This document shows, one piece after another, positions 1 through 13,244 of a stretch of DNA of 64,000 nt. The stretch spans positions 2,046,001-2,110,000 of the forward strand of contig CDRNST010000091.1 of assembly GCA_977016875.1 (NCBI GenBank), given 5' to 3'. A program made the position numbers and the translations under genes. Below the pieces are notes generated by a model that ran no database searches, was not told the DNA's origin, and was given only the letters and a program-made list of their open reading frames with translations. This DNA is from Pavona decussata. Its lineage: Eukaryota. Every line of letters starts with the position of its first letter. Position 1 is the stretch's first letter.

Positions 1-1
1 T

Positions 2-1492
2 CAGAACGCTTTTCCTGCGGCTCAAACTCAACTGGGAGCAACTCCAATGCAATATTCTTCCTCTCCAACGCCAGCAACCTTTAACAATGGGTTATTAATG
101 CAATCAGCACTGCAAGTTCCTCTATTGCAGTCACAATCTGTGAATCCCACTTTCGATTTGCCACCACAATCGGCCGGACAGTTTCTGTTTAATAACCAAC
201 AACCTGATGTGCGGTCTTTGTACCAGCTTCAGCCACAACCTCAGGTGCAAATCCCTCAAGATACCATGTCACAGATTGCACAGCCGCAACAGTTTATATT
301 TCCAGCCCAAATGCAGATGACGTCAGATGTGCTCGGCTCAGCAAGGCAACAGGTTACGAGATTACCTAGTCGGTGGGTAGATGAAGATGGGCGTGAACGT
401 AGTGAAGTATTGGATCGTCAAAGAGACAGATCAGATGATGACGGTTCTCAAGATGACAGAAGTGAGGACAATGATGAATACGATGAAGAAGCAACGCATG
501 AAAGCAGCAGATACTATGACAAAGAAGACGATTCTCGGAGAGAAGACGAAGACGCTGATGAGTTAGATCAGACGCAAGACTATGCGCCTGAGCGATCATA
601 TTCTCGAGACGATGGTAGGTCTTCGGAGGAGGAAGGGGAGGACACAGAGGAGCCTGAAGGGGAACCTGCAGAGGATGCTACTGGTCGGTACGGATCCTTT
701 GGGAGAAATGATGCAGCCACGGACAATGAGGAAGGTCCAGATACTCTTTCCCCAGAAGAAGATGATGACGATGATCAAGACATTCCACCACAGGAAAATG
801 CCTTTGCCAGACAAGGTAATACACAGCAGTTTGATCGTCACACAATGCAACGTTTCCTGGGAACGAACCGGGGCTTTAACTTCCACAAATTAGAACCGCC
901 CTCAACCCAAATGGACGCCCAAACGTTTTCAAGGTATCAACTGACTTCTCCTTCCTCAGCCCTTAAAGAACATATTTTACCTACAAGCCAAGAACCTAGA
1001 CCCACTATAGATACACCCGAAGATACACACCTTAAAGTCTCCCAGATGAGCCAGGCGGAAGCCCAGTTTTTGGAAAATAAGGCAACCATGCAACCAATGT
1101 TTGCACCTCGTATTGCATCTAAAGACAAAATTCCTGGGAAAACTAAAAGACTTCGGTTTGGTCTGGGAAACGTGCTAATTCGTTTGAACGGAAGACCGTT
1201 GGAAGATTCCTCTCAACTGCGAAGTAAGATCATCAATGGTCAGATTATACAAGGAAAAGGAAAACTGGTCAAATCGAAAGGTCCAGTACGAGTGAAACTG
1301 TCACATACTAAGGACGCAAGGCATCTAAAGATAATTGACATAATAGCGCCAAAACAGTCTCATGTATACGATACTAAAAGTAAGATCAGAAAGCCTACAA
1401 ACGTTTCGAATGAAAGTAATAAAACAGATACAAAAATGGATTCATCGCCTGCCAGTAAAAGACTGCAAAAGGCACTTGATACTATCACATAA
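2..1492 (+). CDS. 3' (terminal) exon of an uncharacterised low-complexity protein: Gln/Pro-rich, then Asp/Glu-rich, then Lys/Arg-rich C-terminus; 5' end lies outside the window
   Basis: The ORF 47..1492 frame is already open from base 2 (CAG AAC GCT TTT...), so the ATG at 47 is probably internal; stop TAA at 1490-1492. Block-like composition. Confidence 0.8.
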   Translation, partial: QNAFPAAQTQLGATPMQYSSSPTPATFNNGLLMQSALQVPLLQSQSVNPTFDLPPQSAGQFLFNNQQPDVRSLYQLQPQPQVQIPQDTMSQIAQPQQFIFPAQMQMTSDVLGSARQQVTRLPSRWVDEDGRERSEVLDRQRDRSDDDGSQDDRSEDNDEYDEEATHESSRYYDKEDDSRREDEDADELDQTQDYAPERSYSRDDGRSSEEEGEDTEEPEGEPAEDATGRYGSFGRNDAATDNEEGPDTLSPEEDDDDDQDIPPQENAFARQGNTQQFDRHTMQRFLGTNRGFNFHKLEPPSTQMDAQTFSRYQLTSPSSALKEHILPTSQEPRPTIDTPEDTHLKVSQMSQAEAQFLENKATMQPMFAPRIASKDKIPGKTKRLRFGLGNVLIRLNGRPLEDSSQLRSKIINGQIIQGKGKLVKSKGPVRVKLSHTKDARHLKIIDIIAPKQSHVYDTKSKIRKPTNVSNESNKTDTKMDSSPASKRLQKALDTIT

Positions 1493-2012
1493 ATACTGAG
1501 AGGGATACAACGGCAGTTTGAAAACTAAACCAGAATGAGTCAGCGCAGGGAGTTACGCAAATGTTCCATCGATATAGCGTCCGTATTCAGTGGCGACTAA
1601 TTATTGGCTCGAAAGTAAACGCAACTGTTAGCGTAATGTAATGTAAATACCGTTTTCTTCTAGGTGTACCAAAGCTTTGTGTCAAAAATGAAGATCACTC
1701 CTAACGTACAGAAAAGAACTAACATCTTGAAAGCGATCCAAAAAAGATTAAGTCGAGAACTCTACAGTTTATGTACCATTTGTAAACATTACAGAACAAG
1801 GGTTCAAATTTAAATTAGAAAGAAATGGAAAATAGGAACTTGAAACATATGCAGTACTCGTGGTGTCACTTGCTGACTAGCTACCAAACCTTCCATTGAA
1901 ATAGTCTCGTACATCCCAATTATCATTAATTAAAAATTGTCCACGCTAAGTGCTCTTACGTTTTTATGACCCTTTCTCTCCCAGCGCAATTTCGGATGCC
2001 AAGTAATTTCAG

Positions 2013-2249
2013 TTAAAGGTTAGTTTACTCGTGCCATGTTATCGGCTCGATTAGTAGGTTCAATCGTATGGGCCAATTTTCACGTTACATTGTGTCGGCC
2101 GATTTCTTTTTCAGTTGGTAGGGCGCAGGGTGGAAATCGGCCACATTAAAAAGATCTATAACACTCCCACAGATTTTTATAAATATGGCCGATTGCGGTC
2201 CCCTCGCTCCTTTTCTTTGTCAAGTCGGTACGTGTAAATTAACCTTTAA
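2013..2249. mobile_element. MITE
   Basis: Imperfect TIRs TAAAGGTTAGTTTACTCGTGCC / GGTACGTGTAAATTAACCTTTA, TTAA at both ends. Confidence 0.7.
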
Positions 2250-3477
2250 AAATATGCAAGATAGTGACAGCATGCATCCTTCAATGTTCTTGAGGATATC
2301 ATTTACCGTAATGTAGCCGTAAGGATTTTTCCATGCTTGCCAGGTATCGAAAAAGCGATAATGCTACTGATTTGATGGGACAGGCATGTCATCACTTTGA
2401 AAATCCAAATAGCATATTTACGTCAGGATGTATTTTGCTGCAAAACTGAAATTAAAGAGAATGTGCAGTAACGGATGGGTGGGATGGAAATCGGTTGCAA
2501 CACGTAAAAGTGCGGAGGAATTTTTAAGCACTTGCCTTTTTTCTAATAGTAAAACTTAATACAAGCAAGATAATGAGAGATATATACGTTTAATAAAAAA
2601 AGTGACCAAAGCGTACAGGAAAATCCCCGTGACACAGCTTTCTTTATATTTGCACAAGCTACAAAAGTGCCTTAGATTTATATGTCTCTAACGCGCACAC
2701 TTAATAGCAGCATGAAACAAACACAACCAAATTAAACAAATGCAAATTGTACTAAAACAAAATCACAGTTTGTTTTAAATTAGGCCATTTAATTAAATGA
2801 CGCTTTCCTAACTTTCTCCCCTCTCAAGAAAAGACGTTCTACTTGTCGGTTGTTCGATCGGAAAAGAACATTTTAACACACTCAAGGTTTCAAAATATGG
2901 GAGAACGGATTAAATCATCTTTATGATTTATTTTTTGCAGCCATACAGGACTAGTCCTTCAAAACACGTTTGCAGGTGTTTACAAGGTCTTTATTTACAT
3001 GCCCTTTAATATGTATTCAAAGGGACTGAAAGTTAAAAGAACAAATAACATGGAGAAGTAAGTGATCAAGAAGAGCTTCTTCCCGTGAGAAAAAAGCACT
3101 TCCCGGATTGCGCCTTTTCGCAGGAACAAGATCTACAGACAAACCGACAATTTGCCCCAGAATGTTTTAAAATTGCTCAATATATAATATCTTTTTACCT
3201 AGCCGTTTAAGAGAAAAGCATCTCACAAAGATTAGATCAGATGCAACATAAACCTTTTAAATAATTCATAGAGACCTGGTTTTAAGACCAATCAGAGTTT
3301 TCTTCGTTGACAGGAGGAACCTTGCTCAACGCTTATGTTGGATGGCCTTCAATCTTGTAAGGATTTCCCCTCCCGGCTGGGCGGGCATTGCGATGTGATA
3401 GATAGCAAAAACTAGACCATTGGCTCATTTCAGCAAGCGGTGAAATATCGCCGTTTTGACTGTGGAAAAGCGTCACT

Positions 3478-6400
3478 ATGACTAGAATTTGGGTTTTATT
3501 GGTATTGCATTTTATTTTACGGACCACGATTTCAGGTATGACAGTTTAACATTTCCGCTGCTTAATGTTTCACCTTATCTCTTGTACATTAAACAACATT
3601 AAAGTCACTTATTCTGCAAAATACTTAGGGTTGAGATTCCAGACTTCTAGGCCATTTCAAGTAACGATAGTCTTTATTCATTGAACCAAAATCAGAAATA
3701 CACTCTCATGGGTTACAGTTCATTCGATGGTGTTGTCAGAAAAAGTTAATTTCCAATGCATATATAACACTCACTTCACAAGGATTTGTTATTATCAAAA
3801 ATTATGGTAGATTCTAATTACAAATATTTTGTTTCAGTGTGTAAAACTAATCTGAGTTTTACAGCTTTATAATTAAGCAGCGCACCTGAGGAGAACCTGC
3901 TTTTCTTCACGCTGTCTCAATAACGTTGTTTGTTCTGCTGAGGGCGCGGCTGGTGGGAATCAATGGCTATTCATTAGCTAGCCGTGAAGTTCACGCCTCG
4001 GCGGTCAATCCAGTTTCGATTAATCCTTGCCCTTTCATTCGAGATTAACTAACATGTTCCTGTTCAGGTTAAGCTTGGTTGCCGAGCTGAAATTTTCTTA
4101 ATAATTTTTTACCTGTTGAATTGGAATTCGAGTTGAACATGTGGCATCAAATCAGTTATTTCCGGAGGAGCATAAGTTCAATAAAGACTAAAGTCATGGC
4201 CTTAGGGGTCTGTTTACACGTGCGGTTATTTTCGGCAATATTTTCGCACTTTTTAATACAACTTTTGTTGTGTTCGAGCTCACGAAGAAAATCGTAGTAG
4301 TGATCTGTCAAAGCGATATCGCCGAGGTTTCGAACAAGTTCGAAACTTCATGCAACTTGGTGTCGACCCGGACGAAGTTGTAGCAAATCGTAGCAAATAT
4401 CACACCCGAATCGCGCCCGAATCGGAATGTGATCGCCCCCGGTTTACAACTGCGATTTTCACCGCAAGCTCAAGCGAGTCAACAATGCGACAAAAATCGC
4501 ATCAAAATTCACCTGTGCAAACGGCCTTTTAGGCAGGGGTTCGGCAAAACATACAAACATATCTGTGCAAGATATATTTTCAGTTGTTAAATAATTGGAA
4601 TGTATCATTTTAGTACGTATTCATTGACATTCAGATTCTCGGAAAAGAATCGAGGATCTGTGCTTTCGTGAAACGCGTCTCACGTGAATGACTCCTAATG
4701 TCACTCCTTGAGTCGTGTGATGTTATTCAAGCCGTCAAGTCTGTGAATTAAACCATTTAAAGTGCACCTAACCCCCAAATGTTTTTTTCTCTTAAATAAA
4801 TCTTTGCACCTCTTCGAAACATATTGTGCTATTTAGCGCCTTTTTTAACCAAATCTTGACTTTTTATAGGCTGTAAAAGTTACGAAATCTAGCCATCATC
4901 TTTCCCATGACCGAGCTAGTAAGGGGCATGGATCTATTCCTTACATGACGTCACAAACTGCTTTGCATACATTTTCACAAAGACTTAATACAATGCAAAT
5001 CAGTTTGTGACGTCAAGTAAGGAATAGACCCACGCCCCTTACTAGCTCGGTCATGGGACAGATGATGGCTAGATTTCGTAACTTTTACAGCCTATAAAAA
5101 GTCAAGATTTGGTTGAAAAAGGCGCTAAATAGCACAATATGTTTCGAAGAGGTGCAAAGATTTATTTAAGAGAAAAAAACATTTGGGGGTTAGGTGCACT
5201 TTAACCTCCTTCAAAGTCAAAGACATTCTAAATAAATTACGATTAAAGAACAATGTTAGTCAATTACAAGAAATTACCAGCATCAACGCATCATTGGCGA
5301 TGGATTGGCAATTCCACCACTGATTCAAAACCACGGTTGTGCAAGCTAATTGACTTCATATTATCAGCTGACAACTTTCGCAGTCATAACATAAGAAGAA
5401 CCAATGAAATAGTTGTTGAATATAAATTACTTTATGTTTACTCAAAATAACCACAACTGTTTCAGGAAAATGTAGTTTTCAACTACATCTTTCAGTAATA
5501 GTTTCAAATGCAGACTGCCTTATAGGGTTGAGACCGGAGTAACATAAAGGGGCTGTTTGGAATCCTTTCTAGATTTACCAATCCTTGATTTATCTTTTCG
5601 TTTTTAACGTTTCCAAGCTGATGAAGTCGAAAGTAAAGCAGACAACATGGCTAAGGCGATAGCACAGCAAAATAAAAAAGTTGAAGAAGAGAGTGACGCT
5701 ATGGAAAAAGCAATTGACGAGAGAGGAAAGCAAGTGGATACCAAAGAGCAGGAAGACAAATTTAAAAAAGCAAGTGAACAGGTTGATGCCGTGGGAGACG
5801 CAGCCGAGGGTAAATTTGAACAAAAAGGTGAGTCACTGCAGTTCTCTCGAAAATATAAGGATTTAGGTCGTCTATCGTTATAATTTTGCCAAAATTTTCT
5901 AACACAACCTCAACAACCGCCTAAAGAAATTCGCCGAAAGCTGGGCTAGATTTTCCTATTGAAAAGGTTCAAACTAGCAAACGTTTAAAGAAGAGAAAAA
6001 CCGCTAATATTCCACAGTTTCTAAAATGACTAATCAGAGAAAATTCTCCATAACGAAATTTCGCAAACCTTACGTGGCATACTCGTTCTAGTAACTGCAA
6101 AACAAAAAATGAGGCAAATCAACAGTAATGAAACGACCGGTGACGGTGGAAGACGATGCACATCTCGCTAAAGGCATTTCTGTATACTTAAAATAGTATC
6201 CCACAATTTTTTCCTCTCTCGGCAGCCAATTTAGTGGACAAACTTGCTACTGATGCAAACAGCGCCATTGAAAGTCAAGCAAAAAAAGTAGAGGAACTAG
6301 GCTCCCAAGCTGATCTGTCAGAGGATAATGCTAGTAATTTGGTTGACAAAATCGGTAAGTGGCGACCGCTCTAGCCAATGTTTGTAATAAAGTCATCAAG

Positions 6401-9400
6401 ATATGTTTACTGGCTTGTTTTCATCAGTATGATCGTTCCAAACATTTCAATCATATCCAAAGATACTTAATCATATCCTCAACCTTAAGGTTACGTCGCT
6501 TTAATAGTGAAAGCAGAGGTCCGGCTCTCAAAACTTCGAGAAGAATATTTCAGTGGGCTCGAGAAGTAGTTTTCAAATCCGTTTCATCGATTGTGGGTAT
6601 TTTCTGTGCAAAATTGCCGTTGTGATGCTTAATTAATGTTGTAAATTTCCAACTTTTTAGCTTCAGAATTTAGTATTAAAATTCGAATTTCCGATAATGA
6701 ACACTATGCAATAACATAATATCGTATTAAATTCACTAATTTTAGGCAGGTTGCGTTCGATTGACCGTATTCCGCAATAAGAATAAACGGGGTTTAATAT
6801 ATTTCTCTTTTTAAGTAAATTTGGGACGACATTTTGGCAAACTTTCGCTCAAAGCACGAAAATTTAAGAGCCATTTTGTATTCCAGTAACTCAAAAAGAC
6901 CTTTTATAAGGGAGTTCTTGTCATCATTGTATGAATTCCTATTCCGGAATAGGGTCAATCGAACGTACCCTTAGAGCATACACAACGCTCAAACACAATA
7001 CACGGGGAGCTTAAGGCCAGGTTACCAACATCAAGATTTCACGCTGTGAGTTCCGTGTTTCTATAGGCTAATTGTTTGGTCGACGAGAGATGAAAGTTAA
7101 AACCATTTTCAATTATTCCATTAGCGGGGAAGGTCGGTTAACGGATCGAAAGATAGATCACCCCTGCGTAGGCACTCAGATTGTCTGGGCTGTCTGATAA
7201 TCACACTGATTAGATCCAACATGGAGGAAGTTTCTTAATTTCTTAACGATAACTTCACTTTGGGCACAAAAGGTATTGAAAACTGGCAGCGGAATCAAAT
7301 GGAATTGGAATTTCCCTGTGTTTACCTCACCTGACTTTCCTACTCTGCAGGACGTCTGCACTTGTCCATCTGATTCTCTACTCATGCCCAGTTTATTCTC
7401 GCCACAAATCAAGGGGTTTTAAATTTTTCGGTTCAAAGAAGGAAGCTTGCGAACTGAACGGGTTCTTTTATCCATCTGGTGCAGTTAAGGACATGGATGA
7501 TAGCTATTATATTTCTCTCCTCAAATTTTCAAACTGCTTTGTTTGATCGACAGGGAAGCGTCCTGCCTCTGTGTCTTTCGAAACAATCAACTTCTTCCTC
7601 TCCATTCATTCTGTGTTTTAACTTTTTGACTGACAACGACAACGACCGTCTTGACGCAAGTACGGGACACGTTTTGCAACATGAGACTTTTAACTCACTA
7701 ACTTTTGACATGACAGCTGGAAATGAGACTTACTGAGAGAACTGATATTTTACTATCAACTGAGATCTACATCTACATTTATAGATGGCAAAGGTTGCCC
7801 ATCGCGCCACGGCAAGCGCATTCATTCGTTCCCCGTCACCGTGTTGCATTTCGTTTTCCGTTGTCGCCAAGAAGCTCGTACACCGAGTCTCGATTTTCGT
7901 ATAAAAAATAATTGCATTGCGTGTAAATTTGCAAAGGTAAGCAAATCGAAAAGGAAACCACTGGCTCCACGGAACCAAAATCGCGGATGAGTATTTCCTA
8001 CATGGTTCACGTCCCCAAGGAGCCACACGCTGACCAGATGATACAGAAGGCCTCGGATTACAGTAAGGATTACGATGACTTAATTCAATCAAATCAAGAA
8101 GCATTAAGGACGTACCCATGGCCTGGCAGTTACAAAACGTCCACACCCTACGACAACCAAGGGGAGGAGATGGCAAGTGACATCAACACTAAGGCGTTTG
8201 AAGATAATAATGACAAAGTCGAAAATGATGCGCTGGAGAGCGAAGGATATGAGGTATCTCCGGGCGCGCGCAGGAACATCAGGAAGCTGTTCTACATGAG
8301 CCATCTGCCATTTCGTTTCCCACAACATAGGAGACACGGAAGACATCACCATCATCGAAGACCCGAGAAAGCGTTATCAGTTCCACCCACTGCTAAAAGC
8401 AGTGATGTCGGGTTGTTTGTATTGCCAAGTGGCGGTCCGAGGCTGTTGTCGCCGGACATAAAGAATCAGCTGGAAGATGATCAATTATTGAGGAAGACAG
8501 CCAGAGAACCCCTTAACGATGATGAAGGTAACATAAGTGAGTTGTATTCTAGTGGTGGATCAGAGAATTAATTCTGCAGTGTATGTTAAAGTTCTAAGTG
8601 AAGCCATGCCATGGGTTCGATTCACGCCGGGGTCGGAGATTTTTTCTTCGTCTTATGCGATCTCCCATTCCCTTATTAGGGCTAACACTCGGTGGGAAAT
8701 TCAAGGGTTCACTTTACCACTTTAGCACACGTACACTGAAGAGTTAATTCTCTGATCCATCATTTGTGACCTTGGTGCTAGCGGCACAACATTCATTTGT
8801 GCCCTCCTTTATTCTAGTGGGATCAACTTGACTGTTTCAAATACAAAAAAGAATATAAAAAATCCAAGCTTTCATCTTGAAAAAATGAATATAAACAGCG
8901 CCAATGGAAAGTATTTCACAAGAGATTTTATTCGAAACGATGAATGGGGTCGCATGGACAAATTCCTTATTTATTTATCCTCTATACCATGTCAATTTCT
9001 TGACTTCATTCATGGAATGGTTTCGATTTTTTTTTCAATGGCGTGACAGTGAAAACCGACAATACAACAATAATACCACATGAAAGAACTTACTTAAGTG
9101 GTCACGATTTCATCTCCTGGAACGTTAAAACCACATAAATATAGAAAGGAACACAGTCCGTCTGTAGGAGTGAAGGCTTGAACCTATTTATTTCCTAACA
9201 GGGCTTGTTTCCTTTTAACACCGCAAATTGTAAAAATTACGCCTAAATATGCTTCACTGGATTTAAATCAAAGCAAAGCCGAACATTTTCTCCAGTAGAA
9301 CACAAGAAAGACCCGGGCTCCCTTTAATACACACTACTCAACGATNNNNNNNNNNNNNNNNNNNNNNNNNNNNNNNNNNNNNNNNNNNNNNNNNNNNNNN

Positions 9401-9836
9401 NNNNNNNNNNNNNNNNNNNNNNNNNNNNNNNNNNNNNNNNNNNNNNNNNNNNNNNNNNNNNNNNNNNNNNNNNNNNCGGTGTTTGATTTACCTCTGAATT
9501 TTATATTTTACCCTTGCCCTTTCCACAGACATGGACATTACAAATGAACTAAAAACAAGCGCAACTGCAGAGAATGATGTAGAACGACAATGGATGAAAA
9601 TTAATGGCTTAGGCAGTCAGGAACTGAAAATGCAGTGGCCACATGCGAGCAGAAAATTTGGTGCTATTGGCGAACAAAAGGTTAGCTTAGTAAGTCCAGG
9701 GGAAGTTGATCTACTTCAAACAGCGTACCCTGACTTCAACGAGCCCAGGTCTATGGGCAGCCGTGATCTCTTAGCAATCATCAGGAGCAAGATAAAAAAG
9801 AAAATAGCTGTGGCTTCAAAGAAGGATAAAACGTGA
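3478..9836 (+). CDS. Gene 1: predicted secreted ~431-aa protein (signal peptide, helical repeats, His/Arg tract)
   Basis: Exons 3478-3535 (MTRIWVLLVLHFILRTTIS, G|GTATG), 5618-5827, 6226-6354, 7937-8527, 9529-9836. All introns are GT-AG and phase 1; total 1296 nt, no internal stop. The 7937 acceptor (TTTGCAAAG) is weak, and the gap at 9346-9476 could hide an exon. Confidence 0.7.
4202..4531. mobile_element. Degenerate MITE
   Basis: Imperfect TIRs GGTCTGTTTACACGTG / CCTGTGCAAACGGCC; CpG-rich interior. Confidence 0.5.
4757..5204. mobile_element. Near-perfect fold-back MITE with TTAA target site (Kolobok-like)
   Basis: TTAA-AGTGCACCTAACCCCCAAATG…CATTTGGGGGTTAGGTGCACT-TTAA; arms of about 200 bp, almost identical in reverse complement. 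Confidence 0.92.
6748..6972. mobile_element. MITE
   Basis: TIRs GTTGCGTTCGATTGACCGTATTCCG / CGGAATAGGGTCAATCGAACGTAC. Confidence 0.7.
8555..8790 (+). mobile_element. tRNA-derived SINE-like fragment preceded by an inverted copy of its own tail
   Basis: B-box-like GGGTTCGATTCACGCC near 8613; 8557-8592 is the reverse complement of ~8719-8758; same family as 14336-14572. Confidence 0.55.
9346..9476. other. Assembly gap
   Basis: Run of N. Confidence 1.
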
Positions 9837-10141
9837 GACAAGGCAAGAATTGGGGAGTCTCTTTTATGAATTGGTTGTGACAAAACGCGTAAAAGTTGAA
9901 AAAAAACTATTGCCCCCTTAAACCTGCACTAAAAGATGAAAATGAAAGTAATGGTGTACGCATTCTTCAAATCTGGTTTTCGGCTTCTTCTTGTGTGCAT
10001 TAAAGTTAGCTTGAGAACTCTTCATTTAAGGACTCAAAACAAGGCAAGTCAGGCGGTGGAGTGTTTTACGACACACTGAGAAATAGTGCTTTGTAAACGA
10101 TAATCTATGAAACTTAAAAGGGATGTGGGAAACAAGGAGCC

Positions 10142-11279
10142 GGGGCCCGTTTCTCGAAAGTCCCATTAACTTACCATGCCCGAAAAGGATTTTGTGTGTA
10201 AGGTGTTTCTCACCAGGGATTCAATTTTTACTGATTGCACGTAAAAAGTCAACTCTATTCATATCTTATTCATTCTTTCATCCACAATTCAAATGTATGT
10301 ATTTCATATAATTCACTTTCATCTCATCCCCTCTACCGGTATAGATTGCCAATTCACAAAATGACCACCTCCCAGTTGGCTTGATAGCTCAATTGGAAGA
10401 GCACTGCAAAATAACATGGTTAAAAATCCCAACTGACAGGAGGCATACCAGCTGACTATTCACAAGCGTGGCCGAGGAATTGAACTCGGGGCTACCGAGA
10501 AAAAACTCCAGCAAGCGGCCAGAGCGGGACTTGAACCCGACCGCTCGTCCACGCTGCCTCCACAAGTATCGCAGAGGTCATGGGTTCGTTTTTCCTTCAA
10601 GCCTCTTCATATGAGCCCGGTAACCGAGCTGGCCCAGTAGGTGGGACGAATTTTGTCTTCTGTCTTCTGTTCATATGGGAAATTTGATATGGGAAATTTA
10701 AATGTCCAAAAGGCCCCCAAAATACCCGTGGAACCACGTTCCGACTTGTCAGCGACCATACAAGCCATGCGCAGTTGAAAATGTTTCGTCACGGACAGTC
10801 CCGGTATCCGGGCTGGAGTGTTCATATGGGAAAATTTCCAACACGGTTACCGAGCTCTCGGTATCCGGGCCAGCCCGCCTTCTCATATGAACACATCGAA
10901 ATTTTGTAAAGAAAAGAGCGACGAGGCGAAATCTCGGAAACCGAGCCAGCCAGGTCGACTGGGCTCATATGAAGAGGCCCTAAGTTGGGTACATAACTGC
11001 AGTGGTCATTCTCGTATAATAATAATAATTTATTCGCTTCAGATTGCGCATTCTCCATGACAAGATGATCAAATGCGCATTACAATAATTACAAAAGCAC
11101 AATATGTATATAAAATACGTGTGACAACAGTATTGAAGTGACGAATCCTCTATATATTCTATATCTACCTATCTACTATATTTACGATTCATTCAACTAA
11201 ATACAATTGAACAGTTTGATCTAAAATAAATTTTTGTTCGGACCTAGTAACTTTTCGAGACTTTCGGGAAACGGACCCG
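10142..11279. mobile_element. Composite nested element: outer MITE carrying SINE fragments and an inner MITE (~10599-10982)
   Basis: Outer TIRs GGGCCCGTTTCTCGAAAGTCCC / GAGACTTTCGGGAAACGGACCC. Inner TIRs GCCTCTTCATATGAGCCC / GGGCTCATATGAAGAGGC. tRNA-like TAGCTCAATTGGAAGAGCA at ~10385 and GGGTTCG at ~10582. Confidence 0.75.
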
Positions 11280-13244
11280 CAGTTTTCGCCTTAATCCTGG
11301 GGCCATCAAGAGACCTAAACAGAGAGGAACAAAAAAGTGGTCACACTCTCGTTTAATCGTAACAATACTGTCTCCCTGTAAAAGTTGCCTTGAAAATGGA
11401 AATAAAAGTTAACTAAAAGTTAGCTAAGCTCTTTCGAACAAGTCATGTACTCAAATGGAGCTGGTCAAATTGATGGAACAAATTCGAAGGTAATACGATG
11501 AATGAGTCATCTTGAATGAGATTAACGGAGGTAAACGAGACAATGAAATGTATAATTTCAAACTGGAATAAAAGTAGTGGCTGAATGAACGAACATAATC
11601 CTCACATCAATGAAATAATTATTGCAGCCGCTTTTTGCAATGTGTGGGTTCATATTTAAGCTGAAAGACGAGGCTTATTGCGTTGAACTGTGACATGTAT
11701 CAAGTTCGAAAAGATCGCGGGATAAGAATTTTCTACCTTGATTTGACAGTGTAGCCTGTTGATATTCCTTCACGGGGGTCGGAGGGTGGGGAGATTATGA
11801 AGGGACTTGAATTGGCTGCTATCTGGACTTTCAAAACGCGCCCAAGCTCACCCTCAAGTTGAAGTGTTTTGTCCTTGGAATATTATTTTTATGCAATTTG
11901 CGCTTCGTAAAAGCACTGCCATTTGCCCTTTGGCTGAAGCCTTGGTTTGAAACAAAGACCCCTTCATTGTAACCAGAAGAAAGAGAATATAGGCAGTACA
12001 GTGAAACCATCAAACGGCGAGCGGCTGGAGGTCACATGACCATGTCCCAGCGTCACGTTTGTGGTTTTCATGTTGATGTAGGCTTTTGCGTAAATGATTT
12101 AGCTGAAGATTTTTGGGGCTAAAATCCCTGTCCGCTTCACGTACAATTTGAAAAAAATAGGCGGAGCAACTCTTTTTCGAGAAATTTAGGTATAATTTTA
12201 TAGCGAAAGGGCAAATGTGGGGCTTTTTGTTATTGTTTGACAAAAAGCACTGTTTATATTTGTAAATGGCGGCAGCTTTTATTCGACGCGGAGAACTCTA
12301 TGCTAAAGTGCAGTATAAGACAGCAAACGCCAAACATAAAACCTTTATTGGCCGCATGAGCAAAAAACATGGAGCTAAGTGTGTTTAATATAGCTCAACG
12401 AACGAACCATGAAACCACGTAGTACCATCCCTTCAAAATGACGCATTTTATTTACAGACTGGCCGGTCTGACCAGCTAGTTGTGGCAATTGGAATGCACT
12501 CTTAGTTTTTGCCAATTTGTCGCTGAATGCAATTTGAAATAAAGAGAAAACGTTACACAACTATTATCAAAACAAACTACAACTGTTCCACAAAAGCTGC
12601 TGTTTGGACTGAGCCTAAACCACTGTCCTATACTACCACAACAACAACAGAAACAACAACAATGACAGCAACCAAAGCAACAGACATTACACTAAATCAT
12701 CTCATCCACCTTCCCTTCTACTCTGCTAACCCTTCAGTCTGCTCACATTGTGTCTTGTAATGTTAGTGTTGCCAGTAGAGAGATCTCTGACCAACCTTCT
12801 GAAGATATGCTCCCTTACTTGGTCAAAGGAGTTTGATTCTTTTTTGTCCAAAGTTTGGCAGTGTCTTTGATCATTGTCTTAAACATCGTCCTTGGGATAA
12901 ATTGCAGCTGCATTGCACTGGCACTGCCTTAAGCAGAGTCACAAAGTGAAGCATAGACACCTACACCCCCCCCCCCCCCCGCCAATGATTGCTTGGCTCG
13001 AATCCTCGAATCCTCTTCGTTTGTGGATTAAGCTGCGGCAAGAGAGGATGAGCGTCATCCTCTCTTCGCTCAGGGTTTTTGTCCAAAGTTCTCACGCTGG
13101 CTTTGTCTGATCTAGAAAAAAAAAACATTCACAATTCCAGTCCGGAACTGAAGGACTTTCATAGAAAAAAAGGCCTGCGGCTGGCTTTCTTCTGTCTCAC
13201 TTAGTCAATTCTCGTGCGCAACAATTCCACTCTCATTTCAACAG

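Noticed and set aside
3865-4067. Possible exon in intron 1 of gene 1
   Set aside because: Each candidate acceptor tested hits a stop in the required phase.
7785-7936. Extra exon of gene 1 (TAG|ATGG…AAG|GTAAGC)
   Set aside because: It would end in phase 0 with no matching downstream acceptor and would exclude the long ORF. Treating 7937 as an acceptor keeps the frame, though RNA evidence is needed.
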